From Antedon mediterranea (taxonomy: Eukaryota; Animalia; Echinodermata), in NCBI RefSeq assembly GCF_964355755.1, contig NC_092679.1, positions 8,834,201 through 8,898,200 on the forward strand: a DNA stretch of 64,000 nt, read 5' to 3'. Made by a program: the position numbers and the translations under genes. Below are positions 37,601-51,379 of the stretch, one piece after another (positions within the stretch are counted from its first letter, which is position 1; each line of letters begins with the position of its first letter). Under the pieces are notes generated by a model, which was not told the origin of the DNA, did not search any database, and worked only from the letters and a program-made list of their open reading frames with translations.

Positions 37601-40600
37601 GATTTGAAGCTATTCTGTACACTTTGATGTTTTTATGTTAACAAGTGTTTTCGAAAATCACAAAATGGTCTAAAACGTCTACAAATGCGATTTGAAGCTA
37701 TTCTAAGCACTTTTGTGTTTTTATGTTAACAAGTTTTTTCGAAAATCACAAAAATAAATGGTCTAAAAGGTCTGCAAATGCGATTTGAAACTATTCTTAG
37801 CACATTGGTGTTTTTATTTAAACAAATTTTTTCGAAACTCACAAAATGGTCTAAAACGTCTCCAAATGCGATTTGAAGCTATTTTAAGCACTTTGGTGTT
37901 TTTGTGTTAACAAGTTTTTCGAAATGCTCAAAATGGTCTAAAACGTTTTTAAACACGATATTAAGCTATTTTGTGCTCTTTGATGTTTTTTTGTGAAAAG
38001 TTTTAGCAAAATGCTCAAAATGGTCTAAAACGATTTCTAATGTGATTTTAAGCACTTTGATGTTTTTATGTTAACTAGTTTTTTCGAAAATCACAAAATG
38101 GTCTAAAACGTCTCCAAATGCGATTTGAAGCTATTTTAAGCACTTAGGTGCTTTTGTGTAACCAAGTTTTTTTGAAAATCACAAAAGGGTCTAAAATGTC
38201 TCCAAATGTGATTTGAAGCTATTTTAAGCACTTTGGTGTTTTTGTGTTAACAAGTTTTTCGAAAATCACAAAATTGTCTAAAACGTCTCCAAATGCGATT
38301 TGAAGCTATTCTGTACACTTTGATGTTTTTATGTTAACAAGTTTTTTAGAAAATCACAAAATGGTCTAAAACATCTCCAAATGCGATTTAAAGCTATTTT
38401 AAGCACTTTGGTGTTTTTGTGTTAACAAGTTTTTCTAAATGCTCAAAATGGTCTAAAACGTTTTTAAACACGATATTAAGCTATTTTGTGCTCTTTGATG
38501 TTTTTTTGTGAAAAGTTTTAGCGAAATGCTCAAAATGGTCTAAAACGATTTCTAATGTGATTTTAAGCACTTTGATGTTTTTATGTTAACTAGTTTTTTC
38601 GAAAATCAAAAATGGTCTAAAACGTCTCCAAATGTGATTTGAAGCTATTCTAAGCACTTTGGTGTTTTTATGTTAACAGTTTTTTCGAAAATCACAAAAT
38701 GGTCTAAAACGTTTCCAAATGCGATTTGAAGCTATTCTGTACACTTTGATGTTTTTATGGTAACAAGTTTTTTAGAAAATCACAAAATGGTCTAAAACAT
38801 CTCCAAATGCGATTTAAAGCTATTTTAAGCACTTTTGTGTTTTTGTGTAACCAAGTTTTTTCGAAAATCACAAAAGGGTCTAAAATGTCTCTAAATGCGA
38901 TTTGAAGCTACTCTAAGCACTTTGGTGTTTTTATGTTAACAAGTTTTTTCGAAAATCAATAAATGGTCTAAAATTTCTCCAAATGCGATTTGAAGCTATT
39001 CTGTACACTTTACTGTTTTGTGTGAAAAATGTTTGTCGAAATCCTCAAAATGGTCAAAAACGTTTTTAAATACGATATTAAGCTATTTTGTGCTCTTTGA
39101 TGTTTTTGTGTGAAAAGTTTTATCGAAATACTCAAAATGGTCTAAAACGGTTTCTAATGTGATTTTAAGCACTTTGATGTTTTTGTGTAACCAAGTTTTT
39201 TCGAAAATCACAAAATGGTCTAAAATGTCTCCAAATGCGATTTGAAGCTATTCTAAGCACTTTGGTGTTTTTATGGAAACAATTTTTTTCGAAAATCACA
39301 AAATGGTCTAAAACGTCTCCAATAGCAATTTGAAGCTTTTCTGTACACTTTGGTGTTTTTATGTTAACAAGTTTTTTCGAAAATCACAAAATGGTCTAAA
39401 ACGTCTCCCAATGCGATTTGAAGCTATTCTGTACACTTTGATGTTTTTATGTTAACAAGTTTTTTATAAAATCACAAAATGGTCTAAAACGTCTCCAAAT
39501 GCGATTTGAAGCTATTCTGTACACTTTGATGTTTTTATGTTAACAAGTTTTTTCGAAAATCACAAAATGGTCTAAAACGTCTCCAAATGCGATTTGAGGC
39601 TATTTTAAGCACTTTGGTGTTTTTGTGTTAACAAGTTTTTCGAAATGCTCAAAATGGTCTAAAACGTCTCCAAATGCGATTTGAAGCTATTCTAAGCACT
39701 TTGGTGTTTTTATGTTAACAAGTTTTTTCGAAAATCACAAAATGGTCTAAAACGTTTCCAAATGCGATTTGAAGCTATTCTGTACACTTTGATGTTTTGT
39801 GTGAAAATTTTCTTTCGAAATCCTCAAAATGGTCAAAAACGTTTTTAAATACGATATTAAGCTACTTTGTGCTCTTTGATGTTTTTGTGTGAAATGTTTT
39901 ATCGAAATGCTCAAAATGGTCTAAAACGGTTTCTAATGTGATTTCAAGCACTTTGATGTTTTTGTGTAACCAAGTTTTTCGAAAATCACAAAATTGTCTA
40001 AAACGTCTCCAAATGCGATTTGAAGCTATTCTGTACACTTTGATGTTTTTATGTTAACAAGTTTTTCGAAAATCACAAAATGGTCTAAAACGTCTCCAAA
40101 TGCGATTTTAAGCTATTCTAAGCACTTTGGTGTTTTTATGTTAACAAGTTTTTTTGAAAATCACAAAATGGTCTAAAACGTCTCTAAATGCGATTTGAAG
40201 CTTTTCTGTACACTTTGATGTTTTTATGTTAACAACTTTTTTCGAAAATCACAAAATGGTCTAAAATGTCTCCAAATGCGATTTGAAGCTATTCTAAGCA
40301 CTTTGGTGTTTTTATGGAAACAATTTTTTTCGAAAATCACAAAATGGTCTAAAACGTCTCCAATAGCGATTTGAAGCTTTTCTGTACACTTTGGTGTTTT
40401 TATGTTAACAAGTTTTTTCGAAAATCACAAAATGGTCTAAAACGTCTCCAAATGCGATTTGAAGCTATTCTGTACACTTTGATGTTTTTATGTTAACTAG
40501 TTTTTTCGAAAATCACAAAATGGTCTAAAACGTCTACAAATGCGATTTGAAGCTATTCTGTACACTTTGATGTTTTTATGTTAACAAGTTTTTTCGAAAA

Positions 40601-42679
40601 TCACAAAATGGTCTAAAACGTTTCTAAATGCGATTTGAAGCTATCCTGTACACTTTGATGTTTTGTGTGAAAATTTTCTGTCGAAATGCTCAAAATGGTC
40701 AAAAACGTTTTTAAATACGATATTAAGCTACTTTGTGCTCTTTGATGTTTTTGTGTGAAATGTTTTATCGAAATGCTCAAAATGGTCTAAAACGGTTTCT
40801 AATGTGATTTCAAGTACTTTGATGTTTTTGTATAACCAAGTTTTTCGAAAATCACAAAATTGTCTAAAACGTCTCCAAATGCAATTTGAAGCTATTCTGT
40901 ACACTTTGATGTTTTTATGTTAACAAGTTTTTCGAAAATCACAAAATGGTCTAAAACGTCTCCAAATGCGATTTTAAGCTATTCTAAGCACTTTGGTGTT
41001 TTTATGTTAACAAGTTTTTCGAAAATCACAAAATTGTCTAAAACGTCTCCAAATGCGATTTGAAGCTATTCTGTACACTTTGATGTTTTTATGTTAACAA
41101 CTTTTTTCGAAAATCACAAAATGGTCTAAAATGTCTCCAAAATGCGATTTGAAGTTATTCTAAGCACTTTGGTGTTTTTATGGAAACAATTTTTTTCGAA
41201 AATCACAAAATGGTCTAAAACGTCTCCAATAGCGATTTGAAGCTTTTCTGTACACTTTGGTGTTTTTATGTTAACAAGTTTTTTCGAAAATCACAAAATG
41301 GTCTAAAACGTCTACAAATGCGATTTGAAGCTATTCTAAGCACTTTTGTGTTTTTATGTTAACAAGTTTTTTCGAAAATCACAAAATGGTCTAAAACGTC
41401 TGCAAATGCGATTTGAAGCTATTCTTAGCACATTGGTGTTTTTATTTAAACAAATTTTTTCGAAACTCACAAAATGGTCTAAAACGTCTCCAAATGCGAT
41501 TGCAAGCTATTTTAAGCACTTTGGTATTTTTGTGTTAACAAGTTTTTCGAAATGCTCAAAATGGTCTAAAACGTTTTTAAACACGATATTAAGCTATTTT
41601 GTGCTCTTTGATTTTTTTTTGTGAAAAGTTTTAGCGAAATGCTCAAAATGGTCTAAAACGATTTCTAATGTGATTTTAAGGACTTTGATGTTTTTATGTT
41701 AACTAGTTTTTTCGAAAATCACAAAATGGTCTAAAACGTCTCCAAATGCGATTTGAAGCTATTTTAAGCACTTAGGTGCTTTTGTGTAACCAAGTTTTTT
41801 CGAAAATCACAAAAAGGTCTAAAATGTCTCCAAATGTGATTTGAAGCTATTTTAAGCACTTTGGTGTTTTTGTGTTAACAAGTTTTTCGAAAATCACAAA
41901 ATTGTCTAAAACGTCTCCAAATGCGATTTGAAGCTATTCTGTACACTTTGATGTTTTTATGTTAACAAGTATTTTAGAAAATCACAAAATGGTCTATAAT
42001 GTCTCTAAATGCGATTTGAAGCTATTCTAAGCACTTTGGTGTTTTTATGTTAACAAGTTTTTTCGAAAATCACAAAATGGTCTAAAACGTCTCCAAATGC
42101 GATTTGAAGCTATTTTAAGCACTTTAGTGTTTTTGTGTTAACAAGTTTTTCGAAATGCTCAAAATGGTCTAAAACGTCTCCAAATGCGATTTGAAGCTAT
42201 TCTAAGCACTTTGGTGTTTTTATGTTAACAAGTTTTTTCGAAAATCACAAAATGGTCTAAAACGTCTCCAAATGCGATTTGAAGCTATTCTGTACACTTT
42301 GATGTTTTTATGTTAACAAGTTTTTTCGAAAATCACAAAATGGTCTAAAACGTTTCCAAATGCGATTTGAAGCTATTCTGTACACTTTGATGTTTTGTGT
42401 GAAAATTTTCTGTCGAAATGCTCAAAATGGTCAAAAACGTTTTTAAATACGATATTAAGCTACGTTGTGCTTTTTGATGTTTTTGTGTGAAATGTTTTAT
42501 CGAAATGCTCAAAATGGTCTAAAACGGTTTCTAATGTGATTTCAAGCACTTTGATGTTTTTGTGTAACCAAGTTTTTCGAAAATCACAAAATTGTCTAAA
42601 ACGTCTCCAAATGCGATTTGAAGCTATTCTGTACACTTTGATGTTTTTATGTTAACAAGTTTTTCGAAAATCACAAAAT

Positions 42680-45290
42680 GGTCTAAAACGTCTCCAAATG
42701 CGATTTTAAGCTATTCTAAGCACTTTGGTGTTTTTATGTTAACAAGTTTTTTTGAAAATCACAAAATGTTCTAAAACGTCTCTAAATGCGATTTGAAGCT
42801 TTTCTGTACACTTTGATGTTTTTATGTTAACAACTTTTTTCGAAAATCACAAAATGGTCTAAAATGTCTCCAAATGCGATTTGAAGCTATTCTAAGCACT
42901 TTGGTGTTTTTATGGAAACAATTTTTTTCGAAAATCACAAAATGGTCTAAAACGTCTACAATAGCGATTTGAAGCTTTTCTGTACACTTTGGTGTTTTTA
43001 TGTTAACAAGTTTTTTCGAAAATCACAAAATGGTCTAAAACGTCTCCAAATGCGATTTGAAGCTATTTTAAGCACTTTGGTGTTTTTATCTTAACAAGTT
43101 TTTTCGAAAATCACAAAATGGTCTAAAACGTCTCCAAATGCGATTTGAAGCTATTCTAAGCACTTTGGTGTTTTTATGTTAACAAGTTTTTTCAAAAATC
43201 ACAAAACGGTCTAAAACGTCTCCAAATGCGATTTGAAGCTATTCTGTACACTTTGATGTTTTTATGTTAACAAGTTTTTTCAAAAATCACAAAATGGTCT
43301 AAAACGTTTCCAAATGCGATTTGAAGCTATTCAAATAGCATTTGATGTTTTGTGTGAAAATTTTCTGTCGAAATGCTCAAAATGGTCAAAAACGTTTTTA
43401 AATACGATATTAAGCTACTTTGTGCTCTTTGATGTTTTTGTGTGAAAAGTTTTACCGAAATGCTCAAAATGGTCTAAAACGGTTGCTAATGTGATTTCAA
43501 GCACTTTGATGTTTTTGTGTAACCAAATTTTTCGAAAATCACAAAATTGTCTAAAACGTCTCCAAATGCGATTTGAAGCTATTCTGTACACTTTGATGTT
43601 TTTATGTTAACAAGTTTTTTCGAAAATCACAAAAGAGTCTAAAATATCTCGAAATGCGATTTGAAGCTAATCTTAGCACATTGGTGTTTTTATGTTAACA
43701 AGTTTTTTCGAAAATCACAAAATGGTCTAAAACGACTCCAAATGCGATTTGAAGCTATTCTGTATACTTTGGTGTTTTTATGTTAACAAGTTTTTTCGAA
43801 AATCACAAAATGGTCTAAAACGTCTCCAAATGCGATTTGAAGCTATTCTGTACACTTTGATGTTTTTATGTTAACTAGTTTTTTCGAAAATCACAAAATG
43901 GTCTAAAACGTCTACAAATGCGATTTGAAGCTATTCTGTACACTTTGATGTTTTTATGTTAACAAGTTTTTTCGAAAATCACAAAATGGTCTAAAACGTC
44001 TCCAAATGCGATTTTAAGCTATTCTAAGCACTTTGGTGTTTTTATGTTAACAAGTTTTTTTGAAAATCACAAAATGTTCTAAAACGTCTCTAAATGCGAT
44101 TTGAAGCTTTTCTGTACACTTTGATGTTTTTATGTTAACAACTTTTTTCGAAAATCACAAAATGGTCTAAAATGTCTCCAAATGCGATTTGAAGCTATTC
44201 TAAGCACTTTGGTGTTTTTATGGAAACAATTTTTTTCGAAAATCACAAAATGGTCTAAAACGTCTACAATAGCGATTTGAAGCTTTTCTGTACACTTTGG
44301 TGTTTTTATGTTAACAAGTTTTTTCGAAAATCACAAAATGGTCTAAAACGTCTCCAAATGCGATTTGAAGCTATTTTAAGCACTTTGGTGTTTTTATCTT
44401 AACAAGTTTTTTCGAAAATCACAAAATGGTCTAAAACGTCTCCAAATGCGATTTGAAGCTATTCTAAGCACTTTGGTGTTTTTATGTTAACAAGTTTTTT
44501 CAAAAATCACAAAACGGTCTAAAACGTCTCCAAATGCGATTTGAAGCTATTCTGTACACTTTGATGTTTTTATGTTAACAAGTTTTTTCAAAAATCACAA
44601 AATGGTCTAAAACGTTTCCAAATGCGATTTGAAGCTATTCAAATAGCATTTGATGTTTTGTGTGAAAATTTTCTGTCGAAATGCTCAAAATGGTCAAAAA
44701 CGTTTTTAAATACGATATTAAGCTACTTTGTGCTCTTTGATGTTTTTGTGTGAAAAGTTTTACCGAAATGCTCAAAATGGTCTAAAACGGTTGCTAATGT
44801 GATTTCAAGCACTTTGATGTTTTTGTGTAACCAAATTTTTCGAAAATCACAAAATTGTCTAAAACGTCTCCAAATGCGATTTGAAGCTATTCTGTACACT
44901 TTGATGTTTTTATGTTAACAAGTTTTTTCGAAAATCACAAAAGAGTCTAAAATATCTCGAAATGCGATTTGAAGCTAATCTTAGCACATTGGTGTTTTTA
45001 TGTTAACAAGTTTTTTCGAAAATCACAAAATGGTCTAAAACGACTCCAAATGCGATTTGAAGCTATTCTGTATACTTTGGTGTTTTTATGTTAACAAGTT
45101 TTTTCGAAAATCACAAAATGGTCTAAAACGTCTCCAAATGCGATTTGAAGCTATTCTGTACACTTTGATGTTTTTATGTTAACTAGTTTTTTCGAAAATC
45201 ACAAAATGGTCTAAAACGTCTACAAATGCGATTTGAAGCTATTCTGTACACTTTGATGTTTTTATGTTAACAAGTTTTTTCGAAAATCAC
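42680..45290 (+). repeat. Tandem duplication, period 1308 bp (15 monomers; boundaries approximate)
   Basis: TCAAATAGCATTTG at 43331 and 44639, and TTTACCGAAA at 43451 and 44759. 1308 = 13x88 + 164. Confidence 0.85.
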
Positions 45291-48200
45291 AAAATGGTCT
45301 ATAACGTTTCCAAATGCGATTTGAAGCTATTCTGTACACTTTGATGTTTTGTGTGAAAATTTTATGTCGAAATGCTCAAAATGGTGAAAAACGTTTTTAA
45401 ATACGATATTAAGCTACTTTGTGCTCTTTGATGTTTTTGTGTGAAATGTTTTATCGAAATGCTCAAAATGGTCTAAAACGGTTTCTAATGTGATTTCAAG
45501 CACTTTGATGTTTTTGTATAACCAAGTTTTTTCGAAAATCACAAAATGGTCTAAAACGTCTCCAAATGCGATTTGAAGCTATTCTGTACACTTTGATGTT
45601 TTTATGTTAACAAGTTTTTTCGAAAATCACAAAATGGTCTAAAACGTCTCCAAATGCGATTTGAAGCTATTCTGTACACTTTGATGTTTTTATGTTAACA
45701 AGTTTTTTCGAAAATCACAAAATGGTCTAAAACGTTTCCAAATGCGATTTGAAGCTATTCTGTACACTTTGATGTTTTGTGTGAAAATTTTCTGTCGAAA
45801 TGCTCAAAATGGTCAAAAACGTTTTTAAATACGATATTAAGCTACTTTGTGCTCTTTGATGTTTTTGTGTGAAATGTTTTATCGAAATGCTCAAAATGGT
45901 CTAAAACGGTTTCTAATGTGATTTCAAGCACTTTGATGTTTTTGTGTAACCAAGTTTTTTCGAAAATCACAAAATGGTCTAAAACGTCTCCAAATGCGAT
46001 TTGAAGCTATTTTAAGCACTTTGGTGCTTTTGTGTAACCAAGTTTTTTCGAAAATCACGAAATGGTCTAAAACGTCTCCAAATGCGATTTGAAGCTATTC
46101 TAAGCACTTTGGTGTTTTTACGTTAACAAGTTTTTTCGAAAATCACAAAATGGTCTAAAACGTCTCCAAATGCGATTTGAAGCTATTCTGTACACTTTGA
46201 TGTTTTTATGTTAACAAGTTTTTTCGAAAATCACAAAATGGTCTAAAACGTCTCCAAATGCGATTTAAAGCTATTTTAAGCACTTTTGTGTTTTTGTGTA
46301 ACCAAGTTTTTTCGAAAATCACAAAAGGGTCTAAAATTTCTGTAAATGCGATTTAAAGCTATTTAAAGCACTTTGGTGTTTTTAGGTTAACAAGTTTTTT
46401 CGAAAATCACAAAATGGTCTAAAACGTCTACAAATGCGATTTGAAGCTATTCTAAGCACTTTTGTGTTTTTATGTTAACAAGTTTTTTCGAGAATCACAA
46501 AATGGTCTAAAACGTCTCCAAATGCGATTTGAAGCTATTTTAAGCACTTTGGTGTTTTTGTGTTAACAAGTTTTTCGAAATGCTCAAAATGGTCTAAAAC
46601 GTCTCCAAATGCGATTTGAAGCTATTCTAAGCACTTTGGTGTTTTTATGTTAACAAGTTTTTTCGAAACTCACAAAATGGTCTAAAACGTCTCCAAATGC
46701 GATTTGAAGCTATTTTAAGCACTTTGGTGTTTTTGTGTTAACAAGTTTTTCTAAATGCTCAAAATGGTCTAAAACGTTTTTAAACACGATATTAAGCTAT
46801 TTTGTGCTCTTTGATGTTTTTTTGTGAAAAGTTTTAGCGAAATGCTCAAAATGGTCTAAAACGATTTCTAATGTGATTTTAAGCACTTTGATGTTTTTAT
46901 GTTAACAAGTTTTTTCGAAAATCATAAAATGGTCTAAAACGTTTCCAAATGCGATTTCAAGCTATTCTGTACACTTTGATGTTTTGTGTGAAAATTTTCT
47001 TTCGAAATGCTCAAAATGGTCAAAAACGTTTTTAAATACGATATTAAGCTACTTTGTGCTCTTTGATGTTTTTGTGTGAAATGTTTTATCGAAATGCTCA
47101 AAATGTTCTAAAACGGTTTCTAATGTGATTTCAAGCACTTTGATGTTTTTGTGTAACCAAGTTTTTCGAAAATCACAAAATTGTCTAAAACGTCTCCAAA
47201 TGCGATTTGAAGCTATTCTGTACACTTTGATGTTTTTATGTTAACAAGTTTTTCGAAAATCACAAAATGGTCTAAAACGTCTCCAAATGCGATTTTAAGC
47301 TATTCTAAGCACTTTGGTGTTTTTATGTTAACAAGTTTTTTTGAAAATCACAAAATGGTCTAAAACGTCTCTAAATGCGATTTGAAGCTTTTCTGTACAC
47401 TTTGATGTTTTTATGTTAACAACTTTTTTCGAAAATCACAAAATGGTCTAAAATGTCTCCAAATGCGATTTGAAGCTATTCTAATCACTTTGGTGTTTTT
47501 ATGGAAACAATTTTTTTCGAAAATCACAAAATGGTCTAAAACGTCTCCAATAGCGATTTGAAGCTTTTCTGTACACTTTGGTGTTTTTATGTTAACAAGT
47601 TTTTTCGAAAATCACAAAATGGTCTAAAACGTCTACAAATGCGATTTGAAGCTATTCTAAGCACTTTTGTGTTTTTATGTTAACAAGTTTTTTCGAGAAT
47701 CACAAAATGGTCTAAAACGTCTCCAAATGCGATTTGAAGCTATTTTAAGCACTTTGGTGTTTTTGTGTTAACAAGTTTTTCGAAATGCTCAAAATGGTCT
47801 AAAACGTCTCCAAATGCGATTTGAAGCTATTCTAAGCACTTTGGTGTTTTTATGTTAACAAGTTTTTTCGAAAATCACAAAATGGTATAAAACGTCTCCA
47901 AATGCGATTTGAAGCTATTCTAAGCACTTTGGTGTTTTTATGTTAACAAGTTTTTTCGAAAATCATAAAATGGTCTAAAACGTTTCCAAATGCGATTTCA
48001 AGCTATTCTGTACACTTTGATGTTTTGTGTGAAAATTTTCTTTCGAAATGCTCAAAATGGTCAAAAACATTTTTAAATACGATATTAAGCTACTTTGTGC
48101 TCTTTGATGTTTTTGTGTGAAATGTTTTATCGAAATGCTCAAAATGTTCTAAAACGGTTTCTAATGTGATTTCAAGCACTTTGATGTTTTTGTGTAACCA

Positions 48201-51200
48201 AGTTTTTCGAAAATCACAAAATTGTCTAAAACGTCTCCAAATGCGATTTGAAGCTATTCTGTACACTTTGATGTTTTTATGTTAACAAGTTTTTCGAAAA
48301 TCACAAAATGGTCTAAAACGTCTCCAAATGCGATTTTAAGCTATTCTAAGCACTTTGGTGTTTTTATGTTAACAAGTTTTTTTGAAAATCACAAAATGGT
48401 CTAAAACGTCTCTAAATGCGATTTGAAGCTTTTCTGTACACTTTGATGTTTTTATGTTAACAACTTTTTTCGAAAATCACAAAATGGTCTAAAACGTCTC
48501 CAAATGCGATTTGAAGCTATTCTAATCACTTTGGTGTTTTTATGGAAACAATTTTTTTCGAAAATCACAAAATGGTCTAAAACGTCTCCAATAGCGATTT
48601 GAAGCTTTTCTGTACACTTTGGTGTTTTTATGTTAACAAGTTTTTTCGAAAATCACAAAATGGTCTAAAACGTCTCCAAATGCGATTTGAAGCTATTCTG
48701 TACACTTTGATGTTCTTATGTTAACAAGTTTTTTCGAAAATCACAAAATGGTCTAAAACGTCTACAAATGCGATTTGAAGCTATTCTAAGCACTTTTGTG
48801 TTTTTATGTTAACAAGTTTTTTCGAAAATCACAAAAATAAATGGTCTAAAACGTCTGCAAATGCGATTTGAAACTATTCTTAGCACATTGGTGTTTTTAT
48901 TTAAACAATTTTTTTCGAAACTCACAAAATGGTCTAAAACGTCTCCAAATGCGATTTGAAGCTATTTTAAGCACTTTGGTGTTTTTGTGTTAACAAGTTT
49001 TTCGAAATGCTCAAAATGGTCTAAAACGTTTTTAAACACGATATTAAGCTATTTTGTGCTCTTTGATGTTTTTTTGTGAAAAGTTTTAGCAAAATGCTCA
49101 AAATGGTCTAAAACGATTTCTAATGTGATTTTAAGCACTTTGATGTTTTTATGTTAACTAGTTTTTTCGAAAATCACAAAATGGTCTAAAACGTCTCCAA
49201 ATGCGATTTGAAGCTATTTTAAGCACTTAGGTGCTTTTGTGTAACCAAGTTTTTTTGAAAATCACAAAAGGGTCTAAAATGTCTCCAAATGTGATTTGAA
49301 GCTATTTTAAGCACTTTGGTGTTTTTGTGTTAACAAGTTTTTCGAAAATCACAAAATTGTCTAAAACGTCTCCAAATGCGATTTGAAGCTATTCTGTACA
49401 CTTTGATGTTTTTATGTTAACAAGTTTTTTAGAAAATCACAAAATGGTCTAAAACATCTCCAAATGCGATTTAAAGCTATTCTAAGCACTTTGGTGTTTT
49501 TATCTTAACAAGTTTTTTCGAAAATCACAAAATGGTCTAAAACGTCTCCAAATGCGATTGAAGCTATTTTAAGCACTTTGGTGTTTTTGTGTTAACAAGT
49601 TTTTCGAAATGCTCAAAATGGTCTAAAACGTTTCCAAATGCGATTTGAAGCTATTCTGTACACTTTGATGTTTTTATGTTAACAAGTTTTTTTGAAAATC
49701 ACAAAATGGTCTAAAACGTCTCTAAATGCGATTTGAAGCTTTTCTGTACACTTTGATGTTTTTATGTTAACAACTTTTTTCGAAAATCACAAAATGGTCT
49801 AAAATGTCTCCAAATGCGATTTGAAGCTATTCTAAGCACTTTGGTGTTTTTATGGAAACAATTTTTTTCGAAAATCACAAAATGGTCTAAAACGTCTCCA
49901 ATAGCGATTTGAAGCTTTTCTTTACACTTTGGTGTTTTTATGTTAACAAGTTTTTTCGAAAATCACAAAATGGTCTAAAACGTCTCCAAATGCGATTTGA
50001 AGCTATTCTGTACACTTTGATGTTTTTATGTTAACAAGTTTTTTCGAAAATCACAAAATGGTCTAAAACGTCTACAAATGCGATTTGAAGCTATTCTAAG
50101 CACTTTTGTGTTTTTATGTTAACAAGTTTTTTCGAAAATCACAAAAATAAATGGTCTAAAACGTCTGCAAATGCGATTTGAAACTATTCTTAGCACATTG
50201 GTGTTTTTATTTAAACAAATTTTTTCGAAACTCACAAAATGGTCTAAAACGTCTCCAAATGCGATTTGAAGCTATTTTAAGCACTTTGGTGTTTTTGTGT
50301 TAACAAGTTTTTCGAAATGCTCAAAATGGTCTAAAACGTTTTTAAACACGATATTAAGCTATTTTGTGCTCTTTGATGTTTTTTTGTGAAAAGTTTTAGC
50401 AAAATGCTCAAAATGGTCTAAAACGATTTCTAATGTGATTTTAAGCACTTTGATGTTTTTATGTTAACTAGTTTTTTCGAAAATCACAAAATGGTCTAAA
50501 ACGTCTCCAAATGCGATTTGAAGCTATTTTAAGCACTTAGGTGCTTTTGTGTAACCAAGTTTTTTTTGAAAATCACAAAAGGGTCTAAAATGTCTCCAAA
50601 TGTGATTTGAAGCTATTTTAAGCACTTTGGTGTTTTTGTGTTAACAAGTTTTTCGAAAATCACAAAATTGTCTAAAACGTCTCCAAATGCGATTTGAAGC
50701 TATTCTGTACACTTTGATGTTTTTATGTTAACAAGTTTTTTAGAAAATCACAAAATGGTCTAAAACATCTCCAAATGCGATTTAAAGCTATTTTAAGCAC
50801 TTTGGTGTTTTTATGTTAACAAGTTTTTTCGAAAATCACAAAATGGTCTAAACGTCTCCAAATGCGATTTGAAGCTATTTTAAGCACTTTGGTGTTTTTG
50901 TGTTAACAAGTTTTTCGAAATGCTCAAAATGGTCTAAAACGTTTCCAAATGCGATTTGAAGCTATTCTGTACACTTTGATGTTTTGTGTGAAAATTTTCT
51001 GTCGAAATGCTCAAAATGGTCAAAAAAGTTTTTAAATACGATATTAAGCTACTTTGTGCTCTTTGATGTTTTTGTGTGAAATGTTTTATCGAAATGCTCA
51101 AAATGGTCTAAAACGGTTTCTAATGTGATTTCAAGCACTTTGATGTTTTTGTGTAACCAAGTTTTTCGAAAATCACAAAATTGTCTAAAACGTCTCCAAA

Positions 51201-51379
51201 TGCGATTTGAAGCTATTCTGTACTCTTTGATGTTTTTATGTTAACAAGTTTTTCGAAAATCACAAAATGGTCTAAAACGTCTCCAAATGCGATTTTAAGC
51301 TATTCTAAGCACTTTGGTGTTTTTATGTTAACAAGTTTTTTTGAAAATCACGAAATGGTCTAAAACGTCTCCAAATGCG

